Assembly (NCBI RefSeq): GCF_009914755.1 | Contig: NC_060936.1 | Length of the DNA: 64,000 nucleotides | Strand: one strand, 5' to 3' | DNA from: the human T2T-CHM13v2.0 reference genome, Homo sapiens | In this document: one piece after another, positions 34,632 through 50,116 of the stretch | How positions within the stretch are numbered: the first letter of the stretch is position 1 | Layout: every line of letters starts with the position of its first letter | Made by a program: the position numbers and the translations under genes | The notes under the pieces: model-generated | What the model saw: the letters and a program-made list of their open reading frames with translations, nothing else | What the model was told of the DNA's origin: nothing | Database searches by the model: none

Positions 34632-36668
34632 CTAGATACTGCCTATACTTGAGCGCAAATCGTTTTCTGAACACTCCTTTCAGTCACTTCCTTCTCACCC
34701 TTTGCCCAAGCAGTTCTCTCTGCCCAGAATACGCCCCCAACCTCCAACTTTTCTTCTCTGCCTGGTGAACTCCTATTCATTCCTCAAAACCCAAGTTAAA
34801 AGTCATCTTCTTTGTGGAGCCTTTTTTACTATTTTGTCATAGGCAGGATTTACGGCACTTTGCAGGCTGACTTACCACTGAATTCCACAGTGTGTAGCAT
34901 ACAGTGGGGGCTCAGTTTATGTGCTAAATAGATGTAAGTACTTCAGGTATGAGAACTCATTTGGTTGCAAGCAATAGAAAATGCATCTCAGGTTGCTTTA
35001 ATGGAATATACTGATTTCTGTAATTGGACATTACCCAGAGGTATGTTCAGGCTTGGCTAAATGCTGGTGCTTGGATGATGTTCTCAAGCCTCAAGATTCA
35101 GTCTGTCTTCATTTTGTCTTCTCTCCTCCATTTTAGCTTGGTTCTCAGCCTCTTGCAGAGGCGAGATGGCTGTCAGCCCCTCCTGACCTTATCCACCGAG
35201 GTTCAAGTGCAGCAGGAAACAAAGTCTCTCTCTTCTTGAGTGTTCCAGCTTAAATTCCACCATTCACTCTGGTTGGACTAGCTAGCTTCATGTGCCCATC
35301 CACCCCCGAAGAAATCCCAGGCTAGAGGGCTGAGATCATGCAGATTGACTGGGATCTGGTGCTCTGATTCTCCCATCCAGAGTCGGATGCCCCAATCTTG
35401 AAGGTGGTGGGGTATGGTCAGCCCCCAGGAGTGCAGGAAGGTGTGGCTTCCCATGGGAACTTCAGGGTATTGTTACCAGGAGATAGAGGAACACCCCTCT
35501 CACCCTCATCAACATTCACCACCCTGCACCTTCGCCCTCTGAAACAATCCATATCCTGCCATATCATCCTAGCCACTGTGTACTGAGCACTTACTACGTC
35601 CCAAGCACAGTGCTGAGTGTCTTACACACTCAATGACATGGCTTCTAGAATTTCTCCCATTTTCCAGGTGAGGAAAATGAGGACTACAGAACTGAAGTGA
35701 CTTGCCCGAGGTTAATAAGTGGCTTTGGAGGAATTTGAAATGAGATCTGATGATTGGCACAACCAATGCTTTAAACCATTGCATTGCAGGACCCTCAATG
35801 GTGGCAAAGCTGGAATTTCTGCTTTTGGAACCCAGCTCCTGCAGTCTGGAATTGGCTGTGCAGTGGGTCTCACAACCTCAAAGGATGTGATGTGTGGGAT
35901 TAATGCTGTCCCTTGCTCTGAATAACTATGGGCTAGATGAAGTTCAAGTGGTGACATGATAAGAATACTGACTCCTGCTCTAAGATGGGAGGGTGGGGAT
36001 TCCCTGACAGCTGCAATTGAAGTTGGGCACATTTCTATTTAACCCCATCAGGGGACACACTGCCCCGATGCCTTTTTTTTTGTGAGATGGAGTCTCACTC
36101 TGTCACCCAGGCTGGAGTGCAGTGGCGCGATCTCGGCTCACTCACTGCAATCTTTGCCTCCAGGGTTCAAGCAATTCTCCTGCCTCAGCCTCCTGAGTAA
36201 CTGGGATTACAGGTGTGTGCCACCACACCTGGCTAATTTTTTTGTATTTTTTGTAGAGACAGAGTTTCACCATGTTGACCAGGCTGGTATCGAACTCCTG
36301 ACCTCAAGTGATCTACCGACCTTGGCCTCCCAAAGTGCTGGGTTACAGGCATAAGCCACCATGCCCGGCCCCCTGATGCCATTTTGCCCCCTCTTTGGGT
36401 ACACAGGGAGCAGGAGGGTAACTGACACGCCAGAACCATCTGCCCAGCTCCTAATAATAAATGGTGAGAGAACCAGGTTCCAGGCAAACATTGCTTTAAA
36501 ACAAATAAGTGCCTTTTGTCACACCCGGGCAGCCATCTGGGTATCCTCCTCATGTGCCAAGGTGTGGGTGGAGGAAGGGATGGCAGGGGGAGGGAGGAGG
36601 TGCCGTTCTGACCTGCACCCCCAGCAGGGGTGGCTTACAAGTTCTCTTCCTTTTGCCACCATGAACAG

Positions 36669-36764
36669 GGCATTGCAGAGAGACAGAGAGAGAGAGGAAG
36701 GCTCACTGGCTTTGAGCTCTCTGGGTACAGTGTCTGAGTGGAGGCAAAGTGCGGTTCCTTCAAG
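36669..36764 (+). other. CCDC63: CCDC63 exon 2, 5'UTR portion
   Basis: Pyrimidine tract TTCTCTTCCTTTT followed by ...AACAG| ending at 36668, contiguous with the ATG at 36765. Confidence 0.6.
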
Positions 36765-36773
36765 ATGTCTGTG
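36765..36773 (+). CDS. CCDC63: CCDC63 start exon, codes M-S-V
   Basis: caagATGTCTGTG|GTAGGT. Phase-0 join to the next exon gives [11 protein letters not shown], the N-terminus I recall for human CCDC63. Confidence 0.85.
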
Positions 36774-36939
36774 GTAGGTGATGCCAGCTCCCAGCCACAG
36801 AGCACCTACTATGGGGTCAGGCACTGTGCCATCCACTTTACACGTTAGCTCGTCTCATCCTGACAAACAGATCTGTCCTCACCCATTTTGTAGGTGGGAG
36901 GCTGGAGGCTCAGAGACATCCAGTGACTCACCCAAGTTC

Positions 36940-36953
36940 CCACTAGATGGCAC
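36940..36953 (+). promoter_or_regulatory. CTCF motif (forward orientation)
   Basis: CCACTAGATGGCAC matches CCASYAGRKGGCRS at all 14 positions. Confidence 0.55.
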
Positions 36954-37169
36954 AGTCAGAGTTTGAACCCAGAACCCCAAAGAATACCCTCCCCTCACCA
37001 CAGTATGCAATTACAAGTCAGTCATCTCTCCACCCTAGCAAGCCAGGGTGGGTTTTCCATGTAATAGACAAGCAGCTGACATCACCCAAGGGAAGGTCTT
37101 CCACTTCTAGCCATGGCCCAGCCACCCCCACTGCCCTTCACTCTTAAGCCCATCTGTGGGCTTCTCTAG

Positions 37170-37384
<215 letters not shown>

Positions 37385-38531
37385 GTAAGTGATGGTTGGA
37401 GTTTCGCACTGAGTGACCTTGGAGGAAAGTTGGGGTTGGGCTTCATGTTGCTTGTCTTCTGTTCTGTGACCCCTGGGGCAGGGAGCCACCTCTGAGCCCC
37501 ATTGGAGGATCCACGGTCTTTTATCTGCAGAGCCTAGTTTCAAGAGAAACTCACTTGAGATGGCTTCAGTGAAGAGGGGGAATTTCTTGTCAGAATGCAG
37601 GGTGTTTTGGGGACCCCTGGTGGGCAGGGCACCCAGATCTCAGGGAAGGACCTAATTGAGGAAAGAGTTCTGGTTTCTGTTTTTCTCCGCACATGACTTC
37701 TGTTCTCTCTCTCTCTGAATTTCAGCCTCAGCTGGTGGGAAGTGGCTGCTCCAGCTCTCAAGTTTACCAGCTGCACAGAGAGAGGGTCTTGAATCAATTC
37801 CAACCTCACATTCCTGGGAGACGGAGACTCTGATAGGCTCAGCTTGGGTTAGCAGTCTCCTCCTGGTCCAATCAGCTGTGGCTTGAGAGGGCAAGGGACA
37901 CAAAAATGTCTGGGGCTGTCACTCCCTTGGTCCTACCAGGGAAGTGGAGGAGTTCCCAGAGAAGGCGGAAACCCTAACAACGTTTCCTAATTGTGTGTCT
38001 TATGAGAACTGCAAGATAGAATATTTGAAATTGGATTGCATCAGAAATTACAATCATTTCTTTTCTTTTTTTTTTTTTTTGGAGTGTATCATTTCTTTTC
38101 TCTTTTTTTTTTTTTTTTTGGAGATGGAGTTTCACTGTTGTCGCCCAACCTGGAGTTGGCAATGGCGTGATCCCAGCTCACTGCAACCTCCGCCTCCCGG
38201 GTTCAGGTGATTCTCCTGCCTCAGCTTCCTGAGTAGCTGGGATTACAGGCGCCCACCACCATGCCTGGCTAATTTTTGTATTTTTAGTAGAGGCAAGATT
38301 TCACCACGTTGGCCAGGCTGGTCTCAAACTCCTGTCCTCAGATGATCCACCCACCTCGGCCTCCTAAAGTGCTGGGATTACAGGTGTGAGCCACCATGCC
38401 CAGCTGTGTGTATCATTTCTTCAGGCAACAGAAAGGTGTTCCCTGGGGTTGAATACACAAACATTAAGCAGACTTTCTTAGATTCCCTCCAAGGGAATGT
38501 AATTCCTTAGCTGCATCCATATTGTTTATAA

Positions 38532-38828
<297 letters not shown>

Positions 38829-39380
38829 TGAGCTCAAGCAATCCGCCCGCCTAGGCCTCCCAAAGTTCTAGGATTACAGGCGTGAGCCACCATGCCCGGC
38901 CTGAAAAGGGATTCTTTAGATTTTCCATGGATTCAACTTACTCAGGGCCAGGGCTAGCCCATAAGGGACCTCCATGTGAATTTTTTTAAAAGGTACACTT
39001 TCTCAAGACGCTTTACTGTCATCTGTTGGAAAAATTGTCATTATGTAGAGATTTTGTTAGAACAAGAAAGTGTCTCCCAGAAAAGTGTAATAAATCTACA
39101 AAACAGTGGTGTGTTTTCAAGCTGGTGGTGCTTCCTAGGGTTGTGCAGGCCACAACCTGCACATCTGTGGCTGGCTGACCTGATTCGCAAGCCTACCTCT
39201 GGTGGGCATCAGGAAATGCCTCCTTTTGATATGTCTCTGACAATTTTTCTTGAATTTAACCCTTCTTCACCCCAACAGCACCCCACACACAGGCTTCTGG
39301 CTCTACTAAGTCAATCCATTTGATCTGGTTTCACTTTGATGGAACTGAAGAGGAGGAGGGTGGAAGAGTGGAGAGTTTAG

Positions 39381-39710
<330 letters not shown>

Positions 39711-40339
39711 TGAAACACCTATACAGTATTTAAGGAAGCACTTTTCCCCAGCACCAACCCTGGCTTACAACATTCAGGGAGTAACTTAAGGTTTTGGGGT
39801 ACTTCACTCCCTTTACACCAGTCCTGGCCTTGCCTGCAAGACAGACACACCTTCCTTTTGCTTTTACCAACCCTCTCTGAAAACCTCTTTTTTTTTTCTT
39901 TTTTTTTTTTTTTTGAGATGGAGTCTTGCTTTGTTGCTCGAGCTGTAGTGCAGTGGTGCAAATTTGGCTCACTGCAACCTCTGCCTTCCAGGTTCAAGCG
40001 ATTCTCCTGCCTCAGCCTCCTGAGTAGCTAGGACTACAGGCGCCCACCACCATGCCTGGCTAATTTTTGTATTTTTAGTAGAGAAAGGGTTTCGACATGT
40101 TGGCCAGGCTGGTCTTGAACTGCTGACCTCAGGTGATCTGCCTACCTCGGCCTCCCAAAGTGCTGGGATTACAGGCATGAGCCACGGCACCCTGAAAACC
40201 TAACTCTTGTAGAGTATTGTACTCTCTTTTTTCTCTCCACCTTAACAAAGACACTCGCCCCAGCTTCCCCCGCCCGCCTCCTTCCAGGAGGGGCTTAAGC
40301 AGGGCAGAAGAGTCCCCAGGCTGGTTGAGAAGACAGGAG

Positions 40340-40520
40340 GTCACTGGCCAAATGTGGCTATTTACATTTGTAATTAATTAAAATAAATAAAATAAAATAA
40401 TATTTAGTTCTGCTGAAATAGCCGCATTTCAAGTGCTCAACAATCACTTGTGCCTAAGTGGATACTATGGGCCCCTCAGATAGAGAACATTTTCATCACT
40501 GCAGAACGTCCTATTAGAAT
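40340..40520. mobile_element. MER3/MER33-like DNA transposon
   Basis: ATGTGGCTATTTA...ATTTCAAGTGCTCAA...AACATTTTCATCACTGCAGAA motifs. Confidence 0.6.
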
Positions 40521-40680
40521 GGGATCTACAGACTACAGCCAAATCTGGCTGGCTGCTGGTTTTTTGTAATTAAATCTCTATTGGCACACAGCCATGCCTG
40601 TTGGTTCACTTTTTGGCCGGTTTGCCAACTCCTGTCCTAGGACATTTTCCTTTCCTTTCTTTTTTTTTTTTTTTTTTTGA

Positions 40681-40788
<108 letters not shown>

Positions 40789-41589
40789 TAATATTTTCTG
40801 TAGAGACAGGGCCTCACTATGTTGTCCAGGCTGGTCGCAAACTCCTGAGTTCAAGCAATCCTTCTGCCTCGGCCTCCCAAAGTGCTGATGTTACAGGAGT
40901 GAGCCACTGCGCCAGGCCTGTAGAACATTCTTTTTTGTTTGTTTGTTTTTGTATTGTTGAGATGGAGTCTTGCTCTGTCTCCCAGGCTGGAGTGCAGTGG
41001 CGCGATCGCAACTCACTGCAACCTCCGCCTCCCGGGTTCAAGCAATTCTCTGCCTCAGCCTCCAGAGTAGCTAGGATTACAGGCGCCCACCACCCCCCCC
41101 GGCTAATTTTTTGTATTTTTACTAGAGATGGGGTTTCACCATCTTAGCCAGGCTGGTCTCGAACTCCTGACCTCATGATCCACTGGCCTCGGCCTCCTAA
41201 AGTGCTGGGATTACAGGCATAAGCCACTGCGCCGGGCCTGTAGAACATTCTTTACTGTTCTATAGCAGTGTGTCCAAAACTTTTGAAGCATCTGGACACT
41301 CGATCCTGTAATAAAGCAGATTCTGATCCAATTGGTCTCAGGTTGGGCACCTGAGATTCTGCATTTCTCCAAGTTTCCAAAGGACATTCATGCTACTGAT
41401 CCGCAAACCACATTGGGGAGTGGGTGTCAGTCTCCAGACTGCCAGAAACTCAGCCTCTGTGCCATCTCCCCTTGTTCCATTGTGCAGTCTTTCAAGCTCC
41501 CTTTGCTCTTTTCCAAATCCCCCTGTTTTCCCACATCCCGGTAGACATTTCCTCATTAGCACCACAAGGAGAGAAACTGGTGGAGCTTA

Positions 41590-42197
<608 letters not shown>

Positions 42198-42246
42198 TCA
42201 TGGTGAACCAGGTCTCAGGTGATCAGGCTTCCAGACCTGGATCTGA

Positions 42247-42594
<348 letters not shown>

Positions 42595-44327
42595 TAAAGG
42601 GTTAACCAGAACACAGAGCAAAGGGGAGGAGTTGGGGTGCATATTCGTGATGCCTTAGGCCAGACCTGACACCCCTGTATCACAGTATCTCCTCTGGACA
42701 GCCCGCTAAATGTGACTGCTGCTATCGTCTCGCTACCCTTGAGACCTCTGGGCTCCAGTATCCAGGCTCAGCCATACCAATCCATCCCTCCGCCGTGCTC
42801 CCCAGTGCCACCTGCTGCACCGTGAATAAACCCCCACAGCTGCACCCTATCAGTTAGGAGAGGCTTGGTTATGCTGCAGGAATAAATGCCACCCCCTCAC
42901 GCATTCTTAGTGGTTTAAAACTTTAAGGTTTCTTCCTTGTTGATGACACGTAACTGTTGTGGGTTGGCTAAGAGCCCTTATATCTTCTCACACTGGGACT
43001 AGGCTGAAGGAATAGCCACCATCTTGAACATTGCCAGGTATTATGGGAAAGAAAGAGTTCTAGAGGGTTTCATGCTGGCAATTGAATATTCCAGTCTGGA
43101 AGTGAAACATGTCACTTCTTTTTTTTTTTTGAAAGAGTCTTGCTCTCTTGCCCAGGCTGGAATGCAGTGGTGCAATCTTGGCTCACTGCAACCTCTGCTT
43201 CCTGGGTTCAAGTGATTCTCATGCCTCAGCCACCTGAGTAGCTGGGATTACAGGCGTGCACCACCATGCTGGCTAATTTTTGTATTTTTAGTAGAGACAG
43301 GGTTTCACCATGTTGGCCAGGCTGGTCTCAAACTCCTGATGTCAAATGATCTTCCCGCCTCGGCCTCCCAAAATGCTGAGATTACGGGCGTGAGCCACCG
43401 TGCCTGGCTGAAACACGTCACTTCTGCTCATGACCCAGGGGCTCAAAATAGTCGTGTTTTCTGATTATGGTAACAAAAAAAAAAAGAAAAGAAAAAGCAA
43501 GAGAAAATAGTCATGTACGTGATCCTACCCATCCACAAAGGGGTCCGGGAAGGGCCACCCTCTCATTATCTGGAAGGCAAAGAGCTGGAAGTATTTGCAG
43601 GACAACATTAATGGTCATGCCCCTTACCCTGGCTTGAAAGGCCCTGCGTGATCTAGCCCCTGCCTACCCCTTGGCCCACCTCAGGGCCTTTGCTTATGCT
43701 CCCCCACTCCCACCCCTTCCCCCACTCCCGCTTGTCCTTCAGGTCTCAACTTAAATGTGACTTTCTCAGGGAGGCCTTTTCTGTGCCCCCTCTCCAGGTT
43801 ATACCTCCCTGTGTCAGTCAGGTTCTGGCTGGAACCCAGAGCACCCCCAGCAGGGTACTTTGAGAAGAGTTTAATGCAGGAACCATTTACAAGGGTGTGG
43901 GCATGAGCATGAGTAGGGACATTGAAACACTAGGGTTCGCAACAGCGGGGGAGGGGGCAGTGGTCTGGAACTTGGAGAGCCTGGGGCAAGCCAGGGGCAA
44001 TGGCTCCCCTTTCTTCCAACCCTCTGATCCTCAGTGCAAGGGAGCCCCTCAGCGATGCAGCCAGGTCAGCCTGTTGGGGCACAGAGCAGTGGGTCTGGGG
44101 GGCAAGTGGGGGATCCCATCGCTCCCCACAGTACCCCCTTCATAGCTCTTCCCACCATTGTCATTATGCCTTATTCTGGTGTTTAACGGCTCCCTAAGCA
44201 GCCCGACAGCTTCACAAGGGCAAGGACCACATCCATTTTGTTCTCTACAGTGCCACCCCTGCCCGCAACCCCGTGCCTGTCCCAGTGTCCCGCACACAGT
44301 AGATCCTCAGTAAACATTTACTATTTC

Positions 44328-45066
<739 letters not shown>

Positions 45067-45073
45067 CTACTGA

Positions 45074-45655
<582 letters not shown>

Positions 45656-46581
45656 TGAGCCACTGTGCCCGGCCTCAAATGCTACTTCTGCTGGGACATC
45701 ATCCCTTCATCTTTCCCCACTAGATGTCCCTACTGTGCGTGCCCGAAATACCTTGTGTCTCCTGTCCCCTAGGGCTTGACGCCCCCTTCGTGGCTTGTTT
45801 CCAGTCCTAGATTGTAAGTTCTCAGAGGGCAGAGACCCTCTGTCTTGATTATTATCATCACCCACCCCTGCTGTCTGGCACCAGAGCAGGTGTTTAATAA
45901 ACACTGGTGAATGAATAAATGACTGAAAGGTGACAAAGGAGGCAATAAAGGGAATAAAGAGAAAAATTGAAGAGGAGCTGGGGCCATGGGTCTTTAGAAG
46001 CATTAGGAAGAGGCAACACAGCGTGGGGTCCTCAGAAGTTTCTGGGGCTCACTGCCCAGTGCAAACCATCTTTGCCCAATTTCATTCCAGGGTGGCAGTT
46101 ACCAGAATCCCTTCCTCCCATGCCCACCCTCGATGGGCAAAGCCTCGTCCTCACAGGAGGTCACTGGAGGTGGGGACCTCCCCAGGCCCTACCTGGCCTT
46201 CCTCGCAAAATAGTTAATAAGCCGATGGGAAGACAGCATCTTGCTTAGGGAATACAATTCTCCACCAGCCGTTGCCTTGGAGAATGTCTCCCATTGTGCA
46301 GAGGCTGAATGACTCCCAGCATCACAAAAGCAGCATCTGACGTAAAGACTCCAAAGGAAATCCAACTCTGAATGTACTCATGAGAGCCACCAGGAAATGC
46401 TGATGCCACAGCTTCCCTTAACAGGGAGCCGGAGCTGGAGGACTGCAGGCCCAACTCTAGTGGGGGCGGGCCTGCCTTCAGGTGATGGCGCAGTCTGGAG
46501 ATGCCGCCCTTGTGGATAGGAAAACAAATTGGTTGTTTTCTTTCTTTTCTTTTTCTTTTCTTTTTTTTTTTCTTTTTTTGA

Positions 46582-46683
<102 letters not shown>

Positions 46684-46686
46684 TGA

Positions 46687-46957
<271 letters not shown>

Positions 46958-47059
46958 CGCTGCCTGTGCACGGAACAGAAGGGACACCAAAGTAGAGCGG
47001 GGGCCTGACTCCACTGTGTGTGTCGGGGCAGGTGAAGCCCTTTAGTCTCGCTTTGAGTG

Positions 47060-47091
47060 ACACACACGTGTGTGTGTGTGTGTGTGTGTGT
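47060..47091. repeat. (CA)n/(TG)n alternating purine-pyrimidine microsatellite
   Basis: ACACACACGTGTGTGTG..., a short CA run facing a TG run. Confidence 0.9.
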
Positions 47092-47270
47092 TCCAGCTGA
47101 AGTCCAAACCACAGCTAGTATCCATTGTAATAGCATTCATATGCCTCATCAGTTTATGTGAAACCCAACAGTTCCCTTGACACCTGATCATCCGAGCTGC
47201 CACTCGCATGATGTACCAGTGAGGAAAGGTTGGACTGCAAGTAACAGAATTCTCAAGAGGTATTAATTGA

Positions 47271-47603
<333 letters not shown>

Positions 47604-50116
47604 TAAAGTGCAGGGATTACAGGCGTGAGCCACCATGTCCAACCTCCAGGGATGGTTTAGCATCTCTGCAATGATGGTTTGTCTTTTTCTCTCTGACCTT
47701 CTTTACTGGTCTGCTCCTCATGGTCACAAGGTGACTGCCAAAGCAGTCATCAGCTGGCATCAGCTTCTGCCATAGCCACATTCATCCTCACAGAACCACA
47801 TTCAAAGACATGAAGATGAGATGGGAGAGAGTATTTCACAAAATCCCTCTGGCAGATTTCCCCTCATCAGCCATGGCTGGCATATATGCCCATTTCAATG
47901 TCAATCACTGACAAAGGGAAGTAGAATTTCCAGAACTGGCTTTGAGTAGACCAGGGGTAGCAAATTACAGGCCAAGGGCCAAATCCAGCCTATCTGTTTA
48001 TAGTCTTCCAGCAAAGAATGGCTTTGACTTTTAAATGATTGTATGAGTACCTGGTTATAACCTCTTAGTCCGTGGAGCTTAAAATATTTACCATCTGGCC
48101 CTTTAAGAAAAGTTTTCTGAGTCCTACACAGTTGCCTGTGGTCAAGTTACTGGGGAGGCTGAAGCAGGAAGATCTTTGAGCCCAGGAGTTTGAGACCAGC
48201 CTGGGCAACATAGCGAGACCCTGTCTTAAAAAAAAAAAAAAAAGAGACTGGGCGCCGTGACTCATGCCTGTAATCCCAGCACTTTGGGAGGCTGAGGTGG
48301 GAGGATCACCTGAGGTCAGGAGTTCCGAACAGACCAGCCTGGCCAACATGGTAAAAACCCCATCTCTGCATATGGTGGTGCATGCCTGTGATCCCAGCTA
48401 CTTGGGAGGCTGAGGCAGGAGAATCACTTGAACCTGGGAGGGCAGGGGTTGCAGTGAGCCAAGATCACGCCACTGTACTCCAGCCTGGGCAACAGAGTGA
48501 GACTCCATCTCAAAAAAAAAAAAAAGAGAAAATAAAATGTTTTCCACTCGGCTTAGACCAGTGATGCTCTATCCCCTGGAGCTGGGGTGGAGACCACCTT
48601 CCCTGATAGATGACTGGTAATAAGGAAATGTTTTGTCTCATATGACAGGAAGTGCAAAGGTAAGGCAAACTTCAGGGCTGGTTGGTTTAGCAGCTCAATT
48701 TTGCTGTCAGCTATGTTGGGTGTTATCCTTTGGCTGGGGCAAGATGGGAGCAGCAATTCCAGGCACCACACCCAGACTGACACTACCTTCAGGAGATGTA
48801 CCCTGTCCTCCAATAACTCTTTTAGGAATGAGAAGACTTTTTCTAGAAGTTTCCTTAGCAGACATCCCTTCCCAATAGAGAGGCCCCAGCTGGTTTAGTC
48901 CTGCTTACTCTGGAATCAATACATCACAGGCAGAGGGGGTTTCTCACGGTGGCCTTGGATATGGGAGGAATGGATGTGGGGAGCCACCAGCCACTGTGTC
49001 TACCACAGTCCTGGGTGCCACCTCTGCCAGCTCTCTGGCTCTGGGTCACTCTTCTGTCTTCCACTGGGCACTTCTTGCTGCCTAAAATCCATCTTTCATC
49101 AGAGCGCTGTGGCTCCATGACTCTAAATGTGGATGTAGACCAAGGATCTCAAACTGGTAGATCTCAGGATGGATTAAGCCTGGTGACAGGAAGGCTGTGG
49201 CCCATTTATTGTTTAAGATTTCATTAGTTGACAACATATTAATAATTGATAGATGTTCAGCATATACCAAAAAAAAAAAAAAAAAAGAAAAAAGAAAAAG
49301 AAGAGACAAAGAAAAAAGAAAAAAAATTGTGAGATTTCATAAAGAAATAAGAGTTCTGGCTTTAGAAACCGAAAGATCTGGGATATCAGGCATGAATTTT
49401 CATAGAACAACCGTTAACTAAATAGTGTTGCGGGTGACACAACTGTTCCCCTATTCTCTACTTTTTCTTCTCTAACAGATTTCTGACTTTGTTCAAGCTG
49501 GTCTTGTGCCCAGCTAAAATGCTCCTCCCATCTTCCCTTGCAGCTAAGGGTGGACAGTGAGTTTTAAGAGGAAGTCTGTTGGGGTTTCTGGGAAAGTCTT
49601 GCTTTCCAGATAGATGACCTACCTCTTCAAACGTATTGCATCTTCTACTTTCCTCCCTGGAATAAGACCGTGAAGGTCGGTGCAATGGCAGTCATCTTTT
49701 AACAATAAGGGAACTGTCAGGTGAATTACAGAGATCTTGTCCTTACTTCTTTGAGCTATGGAACTTAGCTCAGCAACTTTTTTCTTTTTTTGTATATGTG
49801 AGACAGAGTCTCCCTCTGTCACCCAGGCTGGAGTGTAGTGGTGCATCCTCAGCTTATTGCAACCTCTGCCTCCCAGGTTCAAGCAATTCTCATGCCTCAG
49901 CCTGCCAAGTAGCTGGGATTACAGATGTGCACCACCATGCTCAGCTAATTTTTGTATTTTTAGTAGAGATGGGGTTTTACTGTGTTGGCCAGGCTTGTCT
50001 TGAACGTCTGACCTCAGGTGATCCACCTGCCTCGGCCTCCCAAAGTGCTGGGGTTACAGGCAGCAGCAACTTTTTATGAGAAAAAGATAAACCGTAATTT
50101 GCTTAAGCCACTCTTT

